This document shows positions 51,382 through 61,512 of a stretch of 64,000 nucleotides of DNA, one piece after another. Under the pieces are notes generated by a model. It had not been told where the DNA came from and made no database searches. It worked only from the letters and a program-made list of their open reading frames with translations. How positions within the stretch are numbered: the stretch's first letter is position 1; every line of letters begins with the position of its first letter. A program made the translations under genes and the position numbers. The stretch lies in NCBI GenBank assembly GCA_965223335.1, contig OZ244991.1:256001-320000 (forward strand). Reading direction: 5' to 3'. The stretch comes from Thermodesulfobacteriota bacterium (GTDB taxonomy: Bacteria > Desulfobacterota_D > UBA1144 > Nemesobacterales > UBA2774).

Positions 51382-51502
51382 AGTCAGCATCTAGTAATTG
51401 AGTTATGGATACCACTATCCCTCCAAAACCATAAAACAGAAACCCCGTCGACATATTAGTTCCACGACAACAGACTTCCGAGAATCCAATTGAAATCATC
51501 CC

Positions 51503-51539
51503 ATCCTAGGGTCAGAGGTTCGAATCCTCTCGGGGACGC
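51503..51539 (+). repeat. attR of island B: 3' fragment of tRNA-Arg
   Basis: ATCCTAGGGTCAGAGGTTCGAATCCTCTCGGGGACGC versus tRNA 34549-34585, one mismatch. Confidence 0.93.
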
Positions 51540-51564
51540 GAATTAATCATTCCAGAATAGTATT

Positions 51565-51719
51565 GCGGTCCGGTTCAAAACACCCACCAGTACACAGGTA
51601 AGGAGTTCGATGAGGATATTTCACAGCTCTCTTACTATGGAGCCAGGTACTACAATCCTAGTATTGGGCGCTTTATGAGTGTGGACCCTGCAGGGATAGA
51701 CATCACTAACCCGCAATCC
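51565..51719 (+). pseudogene. Orphan Rhs-core fragment
   Basis: Encodes GPVQNTHQYTGKEFDEDISQLSYYGARYYNPSIGRFMSVDPAGIDITNPQS, nearly identical to the protein encoded by 49506-49660, with mostly synonymous changes. Confidence 0.9.
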
Positions 51720-52285
51720 ACGCAGCTCCGTTGGTAAACGGATTCGACCCCGAGTTAGGGGGTTATTTGTCGCAAACCACCTATGCTTCATCCGTAGTGG
51801 TAAACCTATTGTACAGACGCAAAGACATTATAGGTCCCCTCGAGGGTGTGGGCTTTGTTGTCCCAAAATCAGAGGACATGCCGATTACCGCTTGCTCGTT
51901 CAGCAGTATTAAGTTTAAGGGACGTACACCTGCCGACACTTTGCTCCTACGATGTTTTGTGGGGGGATCTGTGATGAACAAGTTTCATGACAGTGATGAT
52001 TCTTGTTTAAGCAGTATCGTACACGACAAGTTATCGAGACTTATGGGTATTAGATCCCAGCCGCTTTTTACCATGGTTAAAAGAAACCGCGCATCCATGC
52101 CGCAATACACATTGGGTCATCTCGAGCGGACTGCGCAGATCAGTGCCAGGGCCGAGATGCACCGGGGTATGGAGCTTGCCGGCAATGCTTACGATGGGGT
52201 CGGGGTCCCGGACTGTATTCGCTCGGGCGAGCAAGCCGCAGAGAAGATATTTAAGTATATTCAAAACACATCGCAGAGAGCATAA
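51720..52285 (+). pseudogene. hemG: 5'-truncated protoporphyrinogen/coproporphyrinogen oxidase (HemY/HemG family), C-terminal ~190 aa only
   Basis: GFVVP, CSFSSIKFKGRTP, MPQYTLGHL, LAGNAYDGVGVPDCI. The N-terminal FAD-binding GxGxxG region is absent. Confidence 0.82.
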
Positions 52286-52320
52286 TAAGTATTCATGCAA
52301 ATATTATAAGGAGGTGCGGA

Positions 52321-52557
52321 GTGAAGATCTCAAGCACAGCTGGGGAACTCGAGGTAATTATCAAAGACGAAGCTAAAATAGTAGACGATACGATACTTTT
52401 GCATGCGCAAATGGGAGTATGGAATGTTCAGATTTATCTCGGCCCCGGGGATTTTAGATTCTTCTTCTCGTTTTTATTTAGCCGCACAGTCTTAACATAT
52501 TTAATAAAGCTGCTTTATCGATTTATATTCAGGCATGGCAACAATAAACAGACATAG
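52321..52557 (+). CDS. Small hypothetical protein
   Basis: AGGAGG RBS before GTG. Confidence 0.6.
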   Translation: MKISSTAGELEVIIKDEAKIVDDTILLHAQMGVWNVQIYLGPGDFRFFFSFLFSRTVLTYLIKLLYRFIFRHGNNKQT

Positions 52558-52853
52558 AGCTTGTGCAAGCGATATCCCCGAGTACAGCACTTCGCCATAC
52601 AAATATTACAATAGCTATCAGATATTCCGAGCTGGACAATTCCTTGTGACACTCTGTTGTTAGGCATCTTGAGCTAACATTGAAAAAACAGCTTCTAAAT
52701 GATACGATTATTAACGAATTAGTGATTAACAGATAGTCTATGGAGTAGATGTAAGTTTTACACATTGCGGCTAGACGGGCCGGTGGGTGGTCGCAATGCG
52801 GAGACCAATTCCACAGACCGGTATCACAACACATAGCGAACGGAGGAATAGAA

Positions 52854-53897
52854 ATGCACAGGCAAGTTGCAATCCTGCTCATAGCAATGTCGCTGTACAT
52901 CCCCATCTCAGCAATAGGCGCCCACGCACAACCCCAAAGCTGTTCAAACTCTTTATACCATGTGATAAGTGGAGATCTATTTACAGTAGATGCCACAGAC
53001 GGGACATACACACGACTGAATCCGGCAGATGATTATGGTTTTGTAAATGCGATAGGATACAACTCGTTTCCAAATTCACTCCAAAATTTAATCTGCGGGC
53101 GAGGAGATATGAATGATCCTGTCCACGGATTTTCACAAGGGGATTTAGTCTGTTATGACACAAACGGTGCTATGGTACACATTGCTACTCCCTCTAGCGG
53201 TCCTATACCTCGTTCAGTTGCAGGGGATTTTGATACCAGCGGTCATTTGTATATGTTAAGGCGTACTGGGGCAACAGAGGATTTAATAAGACTTGACACT
53301 AATGTTGACCCGCCTGTATGGACTATAATTGATTTTGCTATTGATCCCTCATGCCCGACTCCTGCATATTATTCATTGGGTGATATAGCGTATGTATTTG
53401 CCGATATAGACAATGACGGGCATAATGAAGAGCTTTTTGTAGGAGCAAGAATTCAAGAAGGTGGAACAAGACAAGTTCTAACCATATGGAATCTAAAATC
53501 TCAAACTGTCAGTTGTAAAGATTTTACCGGGATATTAAACCCCATGTCTGGTGGTAACTCAAGTTATGGTTTTGGGGCTGTGTATAGTGACAGCCAAGGC
53601 AGGTTATTACTCTCAAGGAATACAACAATTGACCCGACTAACGGTACCGGAGAGCTATATCTGGTAAGGAACTTTCTAGACCCCCTACCACAGGCAGAAT
53701 ATCTTTTTGACACCCAAAGAACAACTAACAACGATGGAGCTTATTGTGTATTAAGTTCTTTTTCTCCGTCGGTAACGGGCGAAGTCTCGCAAATACCTAC
53801 ACTCAGTGAGTGGGTATTAATATTGTTGTCGATCGCCTTTGGTGCGATATGTGTTTATTACCTAACAATCAGACAAAGAGGGCTTGGTACCACATAA
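52854..53897 (+). CDS. Secreted IPTL-CTERM protein with DUF6923-like beta-propeller, paralogue 1
   Basis: Signal peptide AHA-Q; NAIGYN, AGDFD, NNDGA motifs; IPTLSEW+TM+basic tail. Confidence 0.85.
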   Translation: MHRQVAILLIAMSLYIPISAIGAHAQPQSCSNSLYHVISGDLFTVDATDGTYTRLNPADDYGFVNAIGYNSFPNSLQNLICGRGDMNDPVHGFSQGDLVCYDTNGAMVHIATPSSGPIPRSVAGDFDTSGHLYMLRRTGATEDLIRLDTNVDPPVWTIIDFAIDPSCPTPAYYSLGDIAYVFADIDNDGHNEELFVGARIQEGGTRQVLTIWNLKSQTVSCKDFTGILNPMSGGNSSYGFGAVYSDSQGRLLLSRNTTIDPTNGTGELYLVRNFLDPLPQAEYLFDTQRTTNNDGAYCVLSSFSPSVTGEVSQIPTLSEWVLILLSIAFGAICVYYLTIRQRGLGTT

Positions 53898-53914
53898 AGA
53901 AAGGAGTAATAGAA

Positions 53915-54952
53915 ATGCGCACACAAGTTGTAATCCTGTTCATAACAATGTTACTGTACATGCCCATCTCAGCAATAGGCGCCCAAGCACAACCCCAAAG
54001 CTGTTCAAATTCTTTATACCATGTGATAAGTGGAGATCTATTTACGGTCAATGCCAAGGACGGGATGTACACACGATTAAATCCGGCTGATGATTATGCT
54101 TTTATAAATGCGATAGGTTACAACTCGTTTCCAAATTCACTCCAAAATTTAATCTGCGGGAGAGCATATTCTAGTGATCCAGTACACGGTTTTACTGCAG
54201 GAGATTTTTTGTGTTATGACACTAACGGTGTTATTGTGAAGATCGTAACTCCTGCTAACGGTCCAATACCATTTTCGAATGCAGGGGACTTTGATGCTAG
54301 CGGCCATTTGTATATGAAAGATTCATTCAGTCCAATGGATTTAATAAGGCTCGACACCAATGTTGACCCTCCTGTATGGACAATCATCCCTTTTGGAGTC
54401 GATCCCTCATGTCCTGAGTTGAGTCGGATTGGCGATATTGCATATGTATCTACAGACATAGATCATGACGGAGTAGAAGAAGAACTTTTTCTATCAGCAA
54501 AACTTTCGGACGGGGGAGCAAGACAAGTAATACTAATATGGAATTTAGAAACTCAAGTTCTTAGTTGTAAAGATTTTACAGGGATCCTTGATCCCACGGC
54601 AGGTGAAGGCCCAAGTCTTGGTTTTGGAGCAGTTTATACTGATAATCAGGGCAGATTATTACTCTCAAGGAATACTACAATAGACGGTAGTAACGGTACT
54701 GGGCAACTATATCTTGTAAACAATTTCCGAGTACCGGTACCACAGGCGGAATTTCTATTTGATACAATAAGAACAACTCAAAATGATGGGGCCTTTTGTG
54801 TTTTAAACCCTTTTCCATTGGAACTTACAGGTCAGGCGCCCACACAAATCCCTACACTCAGTGAATGGGTATTATTAATTTTATCGATCGCATTCGGTGC
54901 GATATGTATTTATTACCTAAAAATCAGACAAAGAGGGTTTGGTACCACATAA
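53915..54952 (+). CDS. Secreted IPTL-CTERM protein, paralogue 2
   Basis: AAGGAG RBS before ATG 53915; same architecture as paralogue 1. Confidence 0.85.
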   Translation: MRTQVVILFITMLLYMPISAIGAQAQPQSCSNSLYHVISGDLFTVNAKDGMYTRLNPADDYAFINAIGYNSFPNSLQNLICGRAYSSDPVHGFTAGDFLCYDTNGVIVKIVTPANGPIPFSNAGDFDASGHLYMKDSFSPMDLIRLDTNVDPPVWTIIPFGVDPSCPELSRIGDIAYVSTDIDHDGVEEELFLSAKLSDGGARQVILIWNLETQVLSCKDFTGILDPTAGEGPSLGFGAVYTDNQGRLLLSRNTTIDGSNGTGQLYLVNNFRVPVPQAEFLFDTIRTTQNDGAFCVLNPFPLELTGQAPTQIPTLSEWVLLILSIAFGAICIYYLKIRQRGFGTT

Positions 54953-54969
54953 AGAAAGGAGGAATAGAA

Positions 54970-56028
54970 ATGTACACACAAGTTGTAATCCTGTTCATAA
55001 CAATGTTACTGTACATCCCCATCTCAGCAATAGGCGCCCACGCGCAACGCACTGGCTGTTCAAACTCTTTATACCATGTGATAAGTGGAGATCTATTTAC
55101 AGTAGATGCCACTGACGGGACATACACTCGACTGAATCCGGCAGATGATTACGGCCGTGTAAATGCTATAGGTTACAACTCGTTTCCAAATTCAGTACAA
55201 AATTTAATTTGCGGGCAAGCACGTGAGAGTGACCCTGTCCACGGATTTTCAGAAGGGGATTTTGTCTGTTATGACATTAACGGTGTTATTGTACATATTG
55301 CAACTCCCTCTAGCGGTCCAATACCTCGATCAAATGCAGCGGATTTTGATACAAGCGGTCATTTATACATGAGAACTCAGTCAGTGCCAAGAGAGGACTT
55401 AATAAGGCTCGACACCAATGTCAACCCGCCTGTATGGACTATAATAGATATTGCTGTTGACCCTTCATGTATTGATCCTGACGATGATTTGCGTGTTGCA
55501 GATTTAGGATACGTATCTACCGACATTGACCATGACGGGGTCGAGGAAGAACTTTTAGTGGGAGCACGACTTGCAGGCGGGGGGACAAGACAAATACTAG
55601 CGATATGGAATTTAGAGACTCAAGTTGCTAGCTGTAAAGAATTCACGGGGATATTGAACCCCATGTCTAGTGTTATCAATGCCAGTTTCACTTTTGGAGC
55701 CGTGTATAGTGATAATCAGGGCAGATTGTTAATCTCAAGGAATTCAACAATAGACGGTAATAACGGTACAGGGCAACTATATCTCATTAGAAACTTTCTA
55801 GACCCCCTGCCACAGGCGGAATTTCTATTTGATACAATAAGAACAATTCAAAATGATGGGGCCTTTTGTGTTTTAAACCCTTTTCCCTCGGAACTAACGG
55901 GAGATGTGCCCACACAAATCCAAATCCCTACCCTAAGTGAATGGGTATTAATATTGTTGTCGATCGCCTTTGGTGCGATATGCGTATATTACTTAAAAAC
56001 CAGACAAAGTGGGTTTGGAAGTACCTGA
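54970..56028 (+). CDS. Secreted IPTL-CTERM protein, paralogue 3
   Basis: AGGAGG RBS before ATG 54970; same architecture as paralogue 1. Confidence 0.85.
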   Translation: MYTQVVILFITMLLYIPISAIGAHAQRTGCSNSLYHVISGDLFTVDATDGTYTRLNPADDYGRVNAIGYNSFPNSVQNLICGQARESDPVHGFSEGDFVCYDINGVIVHIATPSSGPIPRSNAADFDTSGHLYMRTQSVPREDLIRLDTNVNPPVWTIIDIAVDPSCIDPDDDLRVADLGYVSTDIDHDGVEEELLVGARLAGGGTRQILAIWNLETQVASCKEFTGILNPMSSVINASFTFGAVYSDNQGRLLISRNSTIDGNNGTGQLYLIRNFLDPLPQAEFLFDTIRTIQNDGAFCVLNPFPSELTGDVPTQIQIPTLSEWVLILLSIAFGAICVYYLKTRQSGFGST

Positions 56029-56149
56029 CCAACTGTTATAAATAAGTAATACGACCAATGGTTACAATATTATAAACGGGATGCAAGCCCTAGTGAGCCT
56101 ACACCCCGTTTATGTTTCTAGATTCCAAGTGTCGGTATGGTCCGATTTA

Positions 56150-57646
56150 CTAAGGCTTACCTGAAATCCTGGGGTTAACGTACTTGGGATCCATACCCTT
56201 CTTTTTCATGGCTATGCCCGTGAGGAACTCGAGCATTATGCGCCGTGCAAGTCGTGCGGTCTGCTGACCCCTGTTGTCGTAGAATGGGTTGCACTCCACA
56301 ATATCAAACCCTACGAGTGTTTTTGTAGCCGCCAACTCGCGTAGTTGCGGAAAGAGTTCTCGCAGCGACATACCGGTCGGTGAGCTTGAGTCTGTGCCGG
56401 GTGCACACGACATATCAAAAACATCTATATCGAACGAGACATAGAGTAGGTCCACATCCTTAAGATCCTTGTAGATATTGTCAAACGTGACGTCCACACC
56501 GTCACGAAGGATCTCGTGCAGGTGATAAACATGTCCACCCTCGCTTAGGATTTGGTCATATAGATACTCGCCAAATACAGGTGTACTCATCCCGAACTGC
56601 ACCAAATGCTTACAGTCCAGCAGGTCCTCTTCCACGGCCATATTCATATAGCTTCCCGAGTGAAAGTAGGCTCCGAACTTACCAGTGCCGCGGTCTAGGT
56701 GGGCATCGAAATGGAGAAAGCCAACTCGTTTTTTGCCGGGTCCTGCTAAATCCGTGTAGGCGTCGAAATACACAAACACTACGTTCTTGGGCCCATAGTG
56801 GTCTACGACAGCCATAATCGTGGCAACCTGTGTACCGTGGTCACCACGTATAGCCATGGGTATGGCACCGGCATCTAGAATCTCTTTTAGTACCAACGCC
56901 TGATCGGCAAAGTTCTGATCCATAAGTGATGGATGTGGGTTGATCTTGGGCAAAAGCAAACGGGACAACGGCCAATACAAACAGCACAACTGAAAACAAA
57001 TTAAATACAGCTCTCGGTACTGGACCTTGGGTTCTTGCAAAAAATACAGGTCCTGCTCTTTTTCAACATAGGCCTTGATATCAGGATGTTTGCCCTTGCG
57101 GTTATTTTGATCGTAATTGTAAGTCAAAATGATTTCATCAATGTCTTCCTTAAACATATCAAACCTGCCTTCATACGAACCCCCAAACGACCACATCGGG
57201 GCATCAGGTTTATTCTCGACATACTCTTTAACCGATGCAAGCATCTTGGCTTTGTCCCCAATGTACTCGAGGTTGAGTGCCGACTTTATAGCCATAAGCA
57301 TTAAAGGATGTTCATGAGTACAGACTATGCCGGGCATCACAAACTTGCACTCTAGGTCAATGACTTTAGTATCAGGACCTATGTATGCTTTGGCCCCCTC
57401 ATCACCACCGACATAGGAAATATTTTTACTAGTAACTGCAACCGCCTTTGCCCATTCCTGCTTAGGGTTAACCGTATACACCTTACCGTTTGTGAACACA
57501 AAATTTGCCTTCACAACTTCAGGTTCTTCTGCCGTTATTGAAGCCTTATTCTCTACATTATTGTGCTTAATTTCTGTTCTTTCAGAGTGAACTTCTTTAC
57601 TATGAGAGCCAACTAACCCAAACGATGCAACTAACAATATAAACAC
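56150..57646 (-). pseudogene. Chimeric ORF: N-terminal fragment of a YtcJ-like amidohydrolase fused to a partial agmatinase/ureohydrolase
   Basis: FTNGKVYTVN...AVAV...VIDL..KFVMPG..THEHP, then GDH, FDAHLD, YVSFDIDVFD...APGT, GFDIVE.NP. Both parts are incomplete. Confidence 0.65.
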
Positions 57647-58000
57647 TACAAAACGTGACCACAGATTATGTTTATGAACTGACCCCGTGTAACTTACCCC
57701 ACTATGGCTGGATAGTTAGATACTATTCTCAGTATAAATAATAATATTTAGCATACAAAACTCTAAATACAACTCATCATTACTATTACAATGCTGTAAC
57801 GTATAGTTCAATATATTATTAAAGTCAAATTAGGCATACAAATATCGTGCCTAAATCGGTTTTATCTCGGTTTTACTTTATTCGCTGTATAACTTTTCAC
57901 TCTTACTTCCGTTATCGAGAAACTCCTATTACACATTACTGAATATCTTCCTTTTTTGCTTACGTTTGTGGTTTTGCAGGGATTGGCTACTCTAACTATG

Positions 58001-58033
58001 AAAAGGGCCGGTGAGATCTCTCTCACCGGCCCT
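58001..58033 (-). terminator. Intrinsic terminator
   Basis: 13-bp stem AGGGCCGGTGAGA/TCTCACCGGCCCT with a minus-strand U tract, downstream of 58090-59121. Confidence 0.8.
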
Positions 58034-58089
58034 CGTATCAAATTCAAAGAAGCAAAACTGGATGATAATCCATAACTTAAAACTAAGTC

Positions 58090-59121
58090 TTAGTTACACC
58101 CGGGTTCGTCGCACTCTCCAGGTGTCCACCACGAATCCATAGAACCTGTACCGTTTCCATTGTTAAGGCCCAAAAACCCTACAAAGAATACAGGTGACTG
58201 ACAAACACCCCCTACAGGGTCTTCATCAAAACAGCTGAACCTGTTTAGAGGCATAAACAACCACCCTACATCTACGCTGTCATTACAGATCCTGTTATTT
58301 TCGCCTTTGGAGTTCGGATGGAAGTTGTCTATACCCTTATCCAAAAGTCCAATGTCGCACGCAAATGTGGTCGGGCTACAAGACGTGGGGCTTTCGAATT
58401 GGTCAAATATATGTATCTGAGGGAAATCTTGGGTTACATCCCCTGTCACATCACCAAATGTTGCCTGTATTTGAGGGCTCGCGAGCACAGACCTCGGGTC
58501 AATGTCTCGATACACCATCCCCACCACATCCGAGAGGTTGGCCCCATCAACATCATTGAAATTGAGGTCAGCTATACTCCAGATATTGTTGCCTGGGTTC
58601 ACTCCTTCCCCAGCAGCATTTGTCCTATATTCAAAGCCAGCATCCTCATCGATAATTCTAAACATACCGATGAGAGGTGCAAATGGTCCCTCAGTTAAAG
58701 AAGCTACCCAAAGACCATAACCTTCGTCTAAGTCGGCATTAGGAGCTGAGAATCCAACACCTCCTAGACCGTCAGCATCGTTGTTGGATATCAGATTGCT
58801 CACATCATACACATGGGTATCGCCCGCTGTGTACATATCGTCGAAATTAGTTTCCTCGCATATCACTGCCGGTGACGCAACGTTAAATATTTGGATATGA
58901 ACGTTGACCTTTTCATTGGAAGTGTTTGTGAGCTGGATATAAGTTTGACGGGCCATACGTAGATCCCAGAAATTAACCAGTCTGTTAGCAGCTTGATCGG
59001 TCTGGTCAATTTCGTCAAAAGCACCGCCGAACGGCAATCCCGCCATTGAGATCGTAGGGATTATTAGAAGCAGCGCGACTAATAGAAAATGCTTGAATTT
59101 CCTGTATGCAGATGCTATCAC
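58090..59121 (-). CDS. Secreted hypothetical protein (paralogue of 61513-62529)
   Basis: AGGAGG RBS, signal peptide, shared blocks LVNFWDLRMARQT, FEYRTNAAG, GFLGLNNGNGTGSMDSWW. Confidence 0.85.
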   Translation of the reverse strand: MIASAYRKFKHFLLVALLLIIPTISMAGLPFGGAFDEIDQTDQAANRLVNFWDLRMARQTYIQLTNTSNEKVNVHIQIFNVASPAVICEETNFDDMYTAGDTHVYDVSNLISNNDADGLGGVGFSAPNADLDEGYGLWVASLTEGPFAPLIGMFRIIDEDAGFEYRTNAAGEGVNPGNNIWSIADLNFNDVDGANLSDVVGMVYRDIDPRSVLASPQIQATFGDVTGDVTQDFPQIHIFDQFESPTSCSPTTFACDIGLLDKGIDNFHPNSKGENNRICNDSVDVGWLFMPLNRFSCFDEDPVGGVCQSPVFFVGFLGLNNGNGTGSMDSWWTPGECDEPGCN

Positions 59122-59305
59122 CTGAATCGCCTCCTTAAGATTTTGTGCAGATTTTATGCAGAACTTATGTTCAAAATTAATACAGAAATAATATCACGAT
59201 ATGAAAATTATTCAAGATATTCAAATACGATAATGAAATAGTTCTTTAATGTAATACCGTATTTACTTAACGATAAATCTATAGCCGCTAATTACCAATG
59301 ACCAC

Positions 59306-59336
59306 AAAAAAACGGCGGGAACTGAGCCCCCGCCGT
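59306..59336 (-). terminator. Intrinsic terminator
   Basis: ACGGCGGG/CCCGCCGT stem with a minus-strand U7 tract. Confidence 0.75.
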
Positions 59337-59504
59337 AATTCAGAAGGAAGGACAGAATGACCGGGTTATACTCGACTATATCCCCGCCACTCATCCACGT
59401 CCATTTAAGGACTTGTCCATTGAATGGACTTTCATAACTTTTGTTTAATAACAGGTTAGGCGAGTAATTTCCTACCCTGTTACTTTGTATTTCTTATGTT
59501 AATG

Positions 59505-61439
59505 CTACTTCTTTCTGCGGAGCCTTCTTACCCCGAATACAAATGCTACCGGTACTAGTGGGATAAGTACGTTGGCTAGTCCGCTTCCAAGCTCTACTGG
59601 GCTTGCTGCTATTGCACAGCTTCCGCTCCCACTTCCGCTAGGCGGATTCGTAGGTGTAGAGGTCGGTCCCAGTGTAGGTGGTGTTGTCGGTGGCAGTGTC
59701 GGCCCTAGTGTCGGGGCTACTACAAAGTCCTGACTGGCCACTACTGCTTCGTCCACACCCAACCTTAAGAAGCACACTGGTACGTCGCCGCAGCTTGAGA
59801 AGTCCTCTGTGTCGTCCCATATGCCCACTGCGGTGTCTGTTGCAGCTGCTAATGCGCGGTATGGGGGACCGTAGTCGTCTATAAAGGAGATAAGCGCTAC
59901 GTCTCCACCTGCAGCACCTGTCTGTACATTAAACTGGCCTGCGAGGATTGTAGGATCGACTATATCCAGGAACGAGGTTATTCCATCTAATGGGGTTAAG
60001 CCCTCGAAACATTGGATCGGCTCTATGAAACGGAAGTTGTCTACTAAACCGCCAGAATTTGACGGTCCACCAATTGGACAAGGCCCTTCTCCAGTTGCAA
60101 CAACTTGAATCGCATAATCCCCAGCACCCGGTACAAATAGGTTTGTGTCTGTGTTAAACCCTGAATGCCCTAAGAATGTAAATGGACCTATAACATAGTT
60201 TGTGGCGTCTACAGGCAATGTCTGACATGGCTGCGATGCCTGGCCCGGGATATTTAGCATAGGTACTGCTAACGCCGCATCACTAAAACAAATACCGTCC
60301 TGTATAAAGTTTGTTCCTGTTGTGTTTATGAGCAACACAGCAAGTGCATATGGACATCCTTCTGTTGATGACAGGAGGGAGTAGTCAAATGATACATTTC
60401 CGGAAGCATCAGCTTCAAACTCTACTGACTCCAATATCGCTACATTGACACCATTCGGACCTAGAGGAAATGTGATCAGGTCTGGGATTGGTGCTAAGTA
60501 GCTGCCACCGTTATATGTGTCACTATTTATTTGTGAACTCTGTATTACATAGGTCATAAAATCATTGGCAGGGTCCGGGGGTGATGCCGGCGGTGCTGCC
60601 AAATTCGGGGATATCCCTGTGCGGTCTATTACACCGGTTGATGGACCAGGTGGTGCAATTACATTTATACTTCCCTGTCTTATAGCCCACGATGTAAGAT
60701 CACCAGTCTGGAAACTCCCGTTTAGGATTTTGTTTACTTCCCCGGCCTCATCGCAGAAAGCCTGACGGGCATACATGTTTACTCCATACATGTAGTCCTG
60801 AGAGTCTACGATAACCGTCTGACCTGTTAGGTAGTCATGCTCTATTGCCTGGTCAGGGTTGGGGCATCCGTTTACCGAGGTTACTACCAATATACCCTCT
60901 TTACCCTGTAGGTTCTCGTCGGCTATCGGTGCACCTGCGTTGCTTACCAAGTTGCCCAGGTCATACACATGAGTGTCTGCGGGAGTGTAAGCATCACAGA
61001 AGTTACGAATCTCTACACAGTTTGCATCCAGTATACGCACGTGGACGTTTATACTATCGTTTACATTTGAGTTTGTTACCTGCACAGATGTGTTACGGCT
61101 GTCTGCCTGTGTCCACCAGGTCACAAGCTGTGAGCCACTGTCTGTGGTAGGTGTGGGGTTGGCGTTAAAGTTTGGGAAAAATGGTGCAAAATCGTCGTTG
61201 TTATGCATCCAGTCCAAACCACCCACTGCAGAACCCGCAAAACCCTCTACCGTACCTATGAGGCCTGCGGTAAAGTCGGCCTGTGCGGGGTTTGGGATCT
61301 GTACCTCTAGCCAGCCTGTGTCGTTAGGGACAGCCGGACAGAAGAGGTTGTCTGTGCCAATCTGGCTCATGGCAGGGCTTACATATGCAAAGCCCACTAG
61401 CATGAGCAGTAATACTGCTGTTATGGATTTTTTAATCAT
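59505..61439 (-). CDS. Secreted surface protein with Pro/Thr linker and GSGSC-TM-basic C-terminal sorting-like signal
   Basis: Signal peptide AMS-Q; N-terminal domain shared with neighbours (QVTN..VHV.I...C.E..F.D.YTP.DTHVYDL); tail GSGSGSCAIA...LIPLVPVAFVFGVRRLRRKK. Confidence 0.85.
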   Translation of the reverse strand: MIKKSITAVLLLMLVGFAYVSPAMSQIGTDNLFCPAVPNDTGWLEVQIPNPAQADFTAGLIGTVEGFAGSAVGGLDWMHNNDDFAPFFPNFNANPTPTTDSGSQLVTWWTQADSRNTSVQVTNSNVNDSINVHVRILDANCVEIRNFCDAYTPADTHVYDLGNLVSNAGAPIADENLQGKEGILVVTSVNGCPNPDQAIEHDYLTGQTVIVDSQDYMYGVNMYARQAFCDEAGEVNKILNGSFQTGDLTSWAIRQGSINVIAPPGPSTGVIDRTGISPNLAAPPASPPDPANDFMTYVIQSSQINSDTYNGGSYLAPIPDLITFPLGPNGVNVAILESVEFEADASGNVSFDYSLLSSTEGCPYALAVLLINTTGTNFIQDGICFSDAALAVPMLNIPGQASQPCQTLPVDATNYVIGPFTFLGHSGFNTDTNLFVPGAGDYAIQVVATGEGPCPIGGPSNSGGLVDNFRFIEPIQCFEGLTPLDGITSFLDIVDPTILAGQFNVQTGAAGGDVALISFIDDYGPPYRALAAATDTAVGIWDDTEDFSSCGDVPVCFLRLGVDEAVVASQDFVVAPTLGPTLPPTTPPTLGPTSTPTNPPSGSGSGSCAIAASPVELGSGLANVLIPLVPVAFVFGVRRLRRKK

Positions 61440-61512
61440 CCGTGTTTCCTCCTTAATTTTATTCGTCTTTTGTTTATTTATTTTCATTTGATATTTACGG
61501 TCCAACTATTAC

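Larger units (their letters stand above)
34549..51539. mobile_element. Island B: ~17-kb integrative element carrying Rhs toxin, immunity gene and kptA
   Basis: The tRNA 3' part (34549-34585) is repeated at 51503-51539 (36/37); an integrase lies directly after the tRNA. Confidence 0.9.

Noticed and set aside
51445..51470. CGACA motifs as arm sites matching TGTCAGT repeats of integrase B
   Set aside because: The similarity is too short and degenerate to support.
23901..51539. Single prophage spanning both islands
   Set aside because: No structural or lysis genes; two integrases and two separate att pairs indicate two elements.
53810..54969. Longer N-terminal starts in the ORF track for IPTL paralogues 2 and 3
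   Set aside because: They overlap the upstream gene. RBS-preceded ATGs at 53915 and 54970 match the start of paralogue 1.
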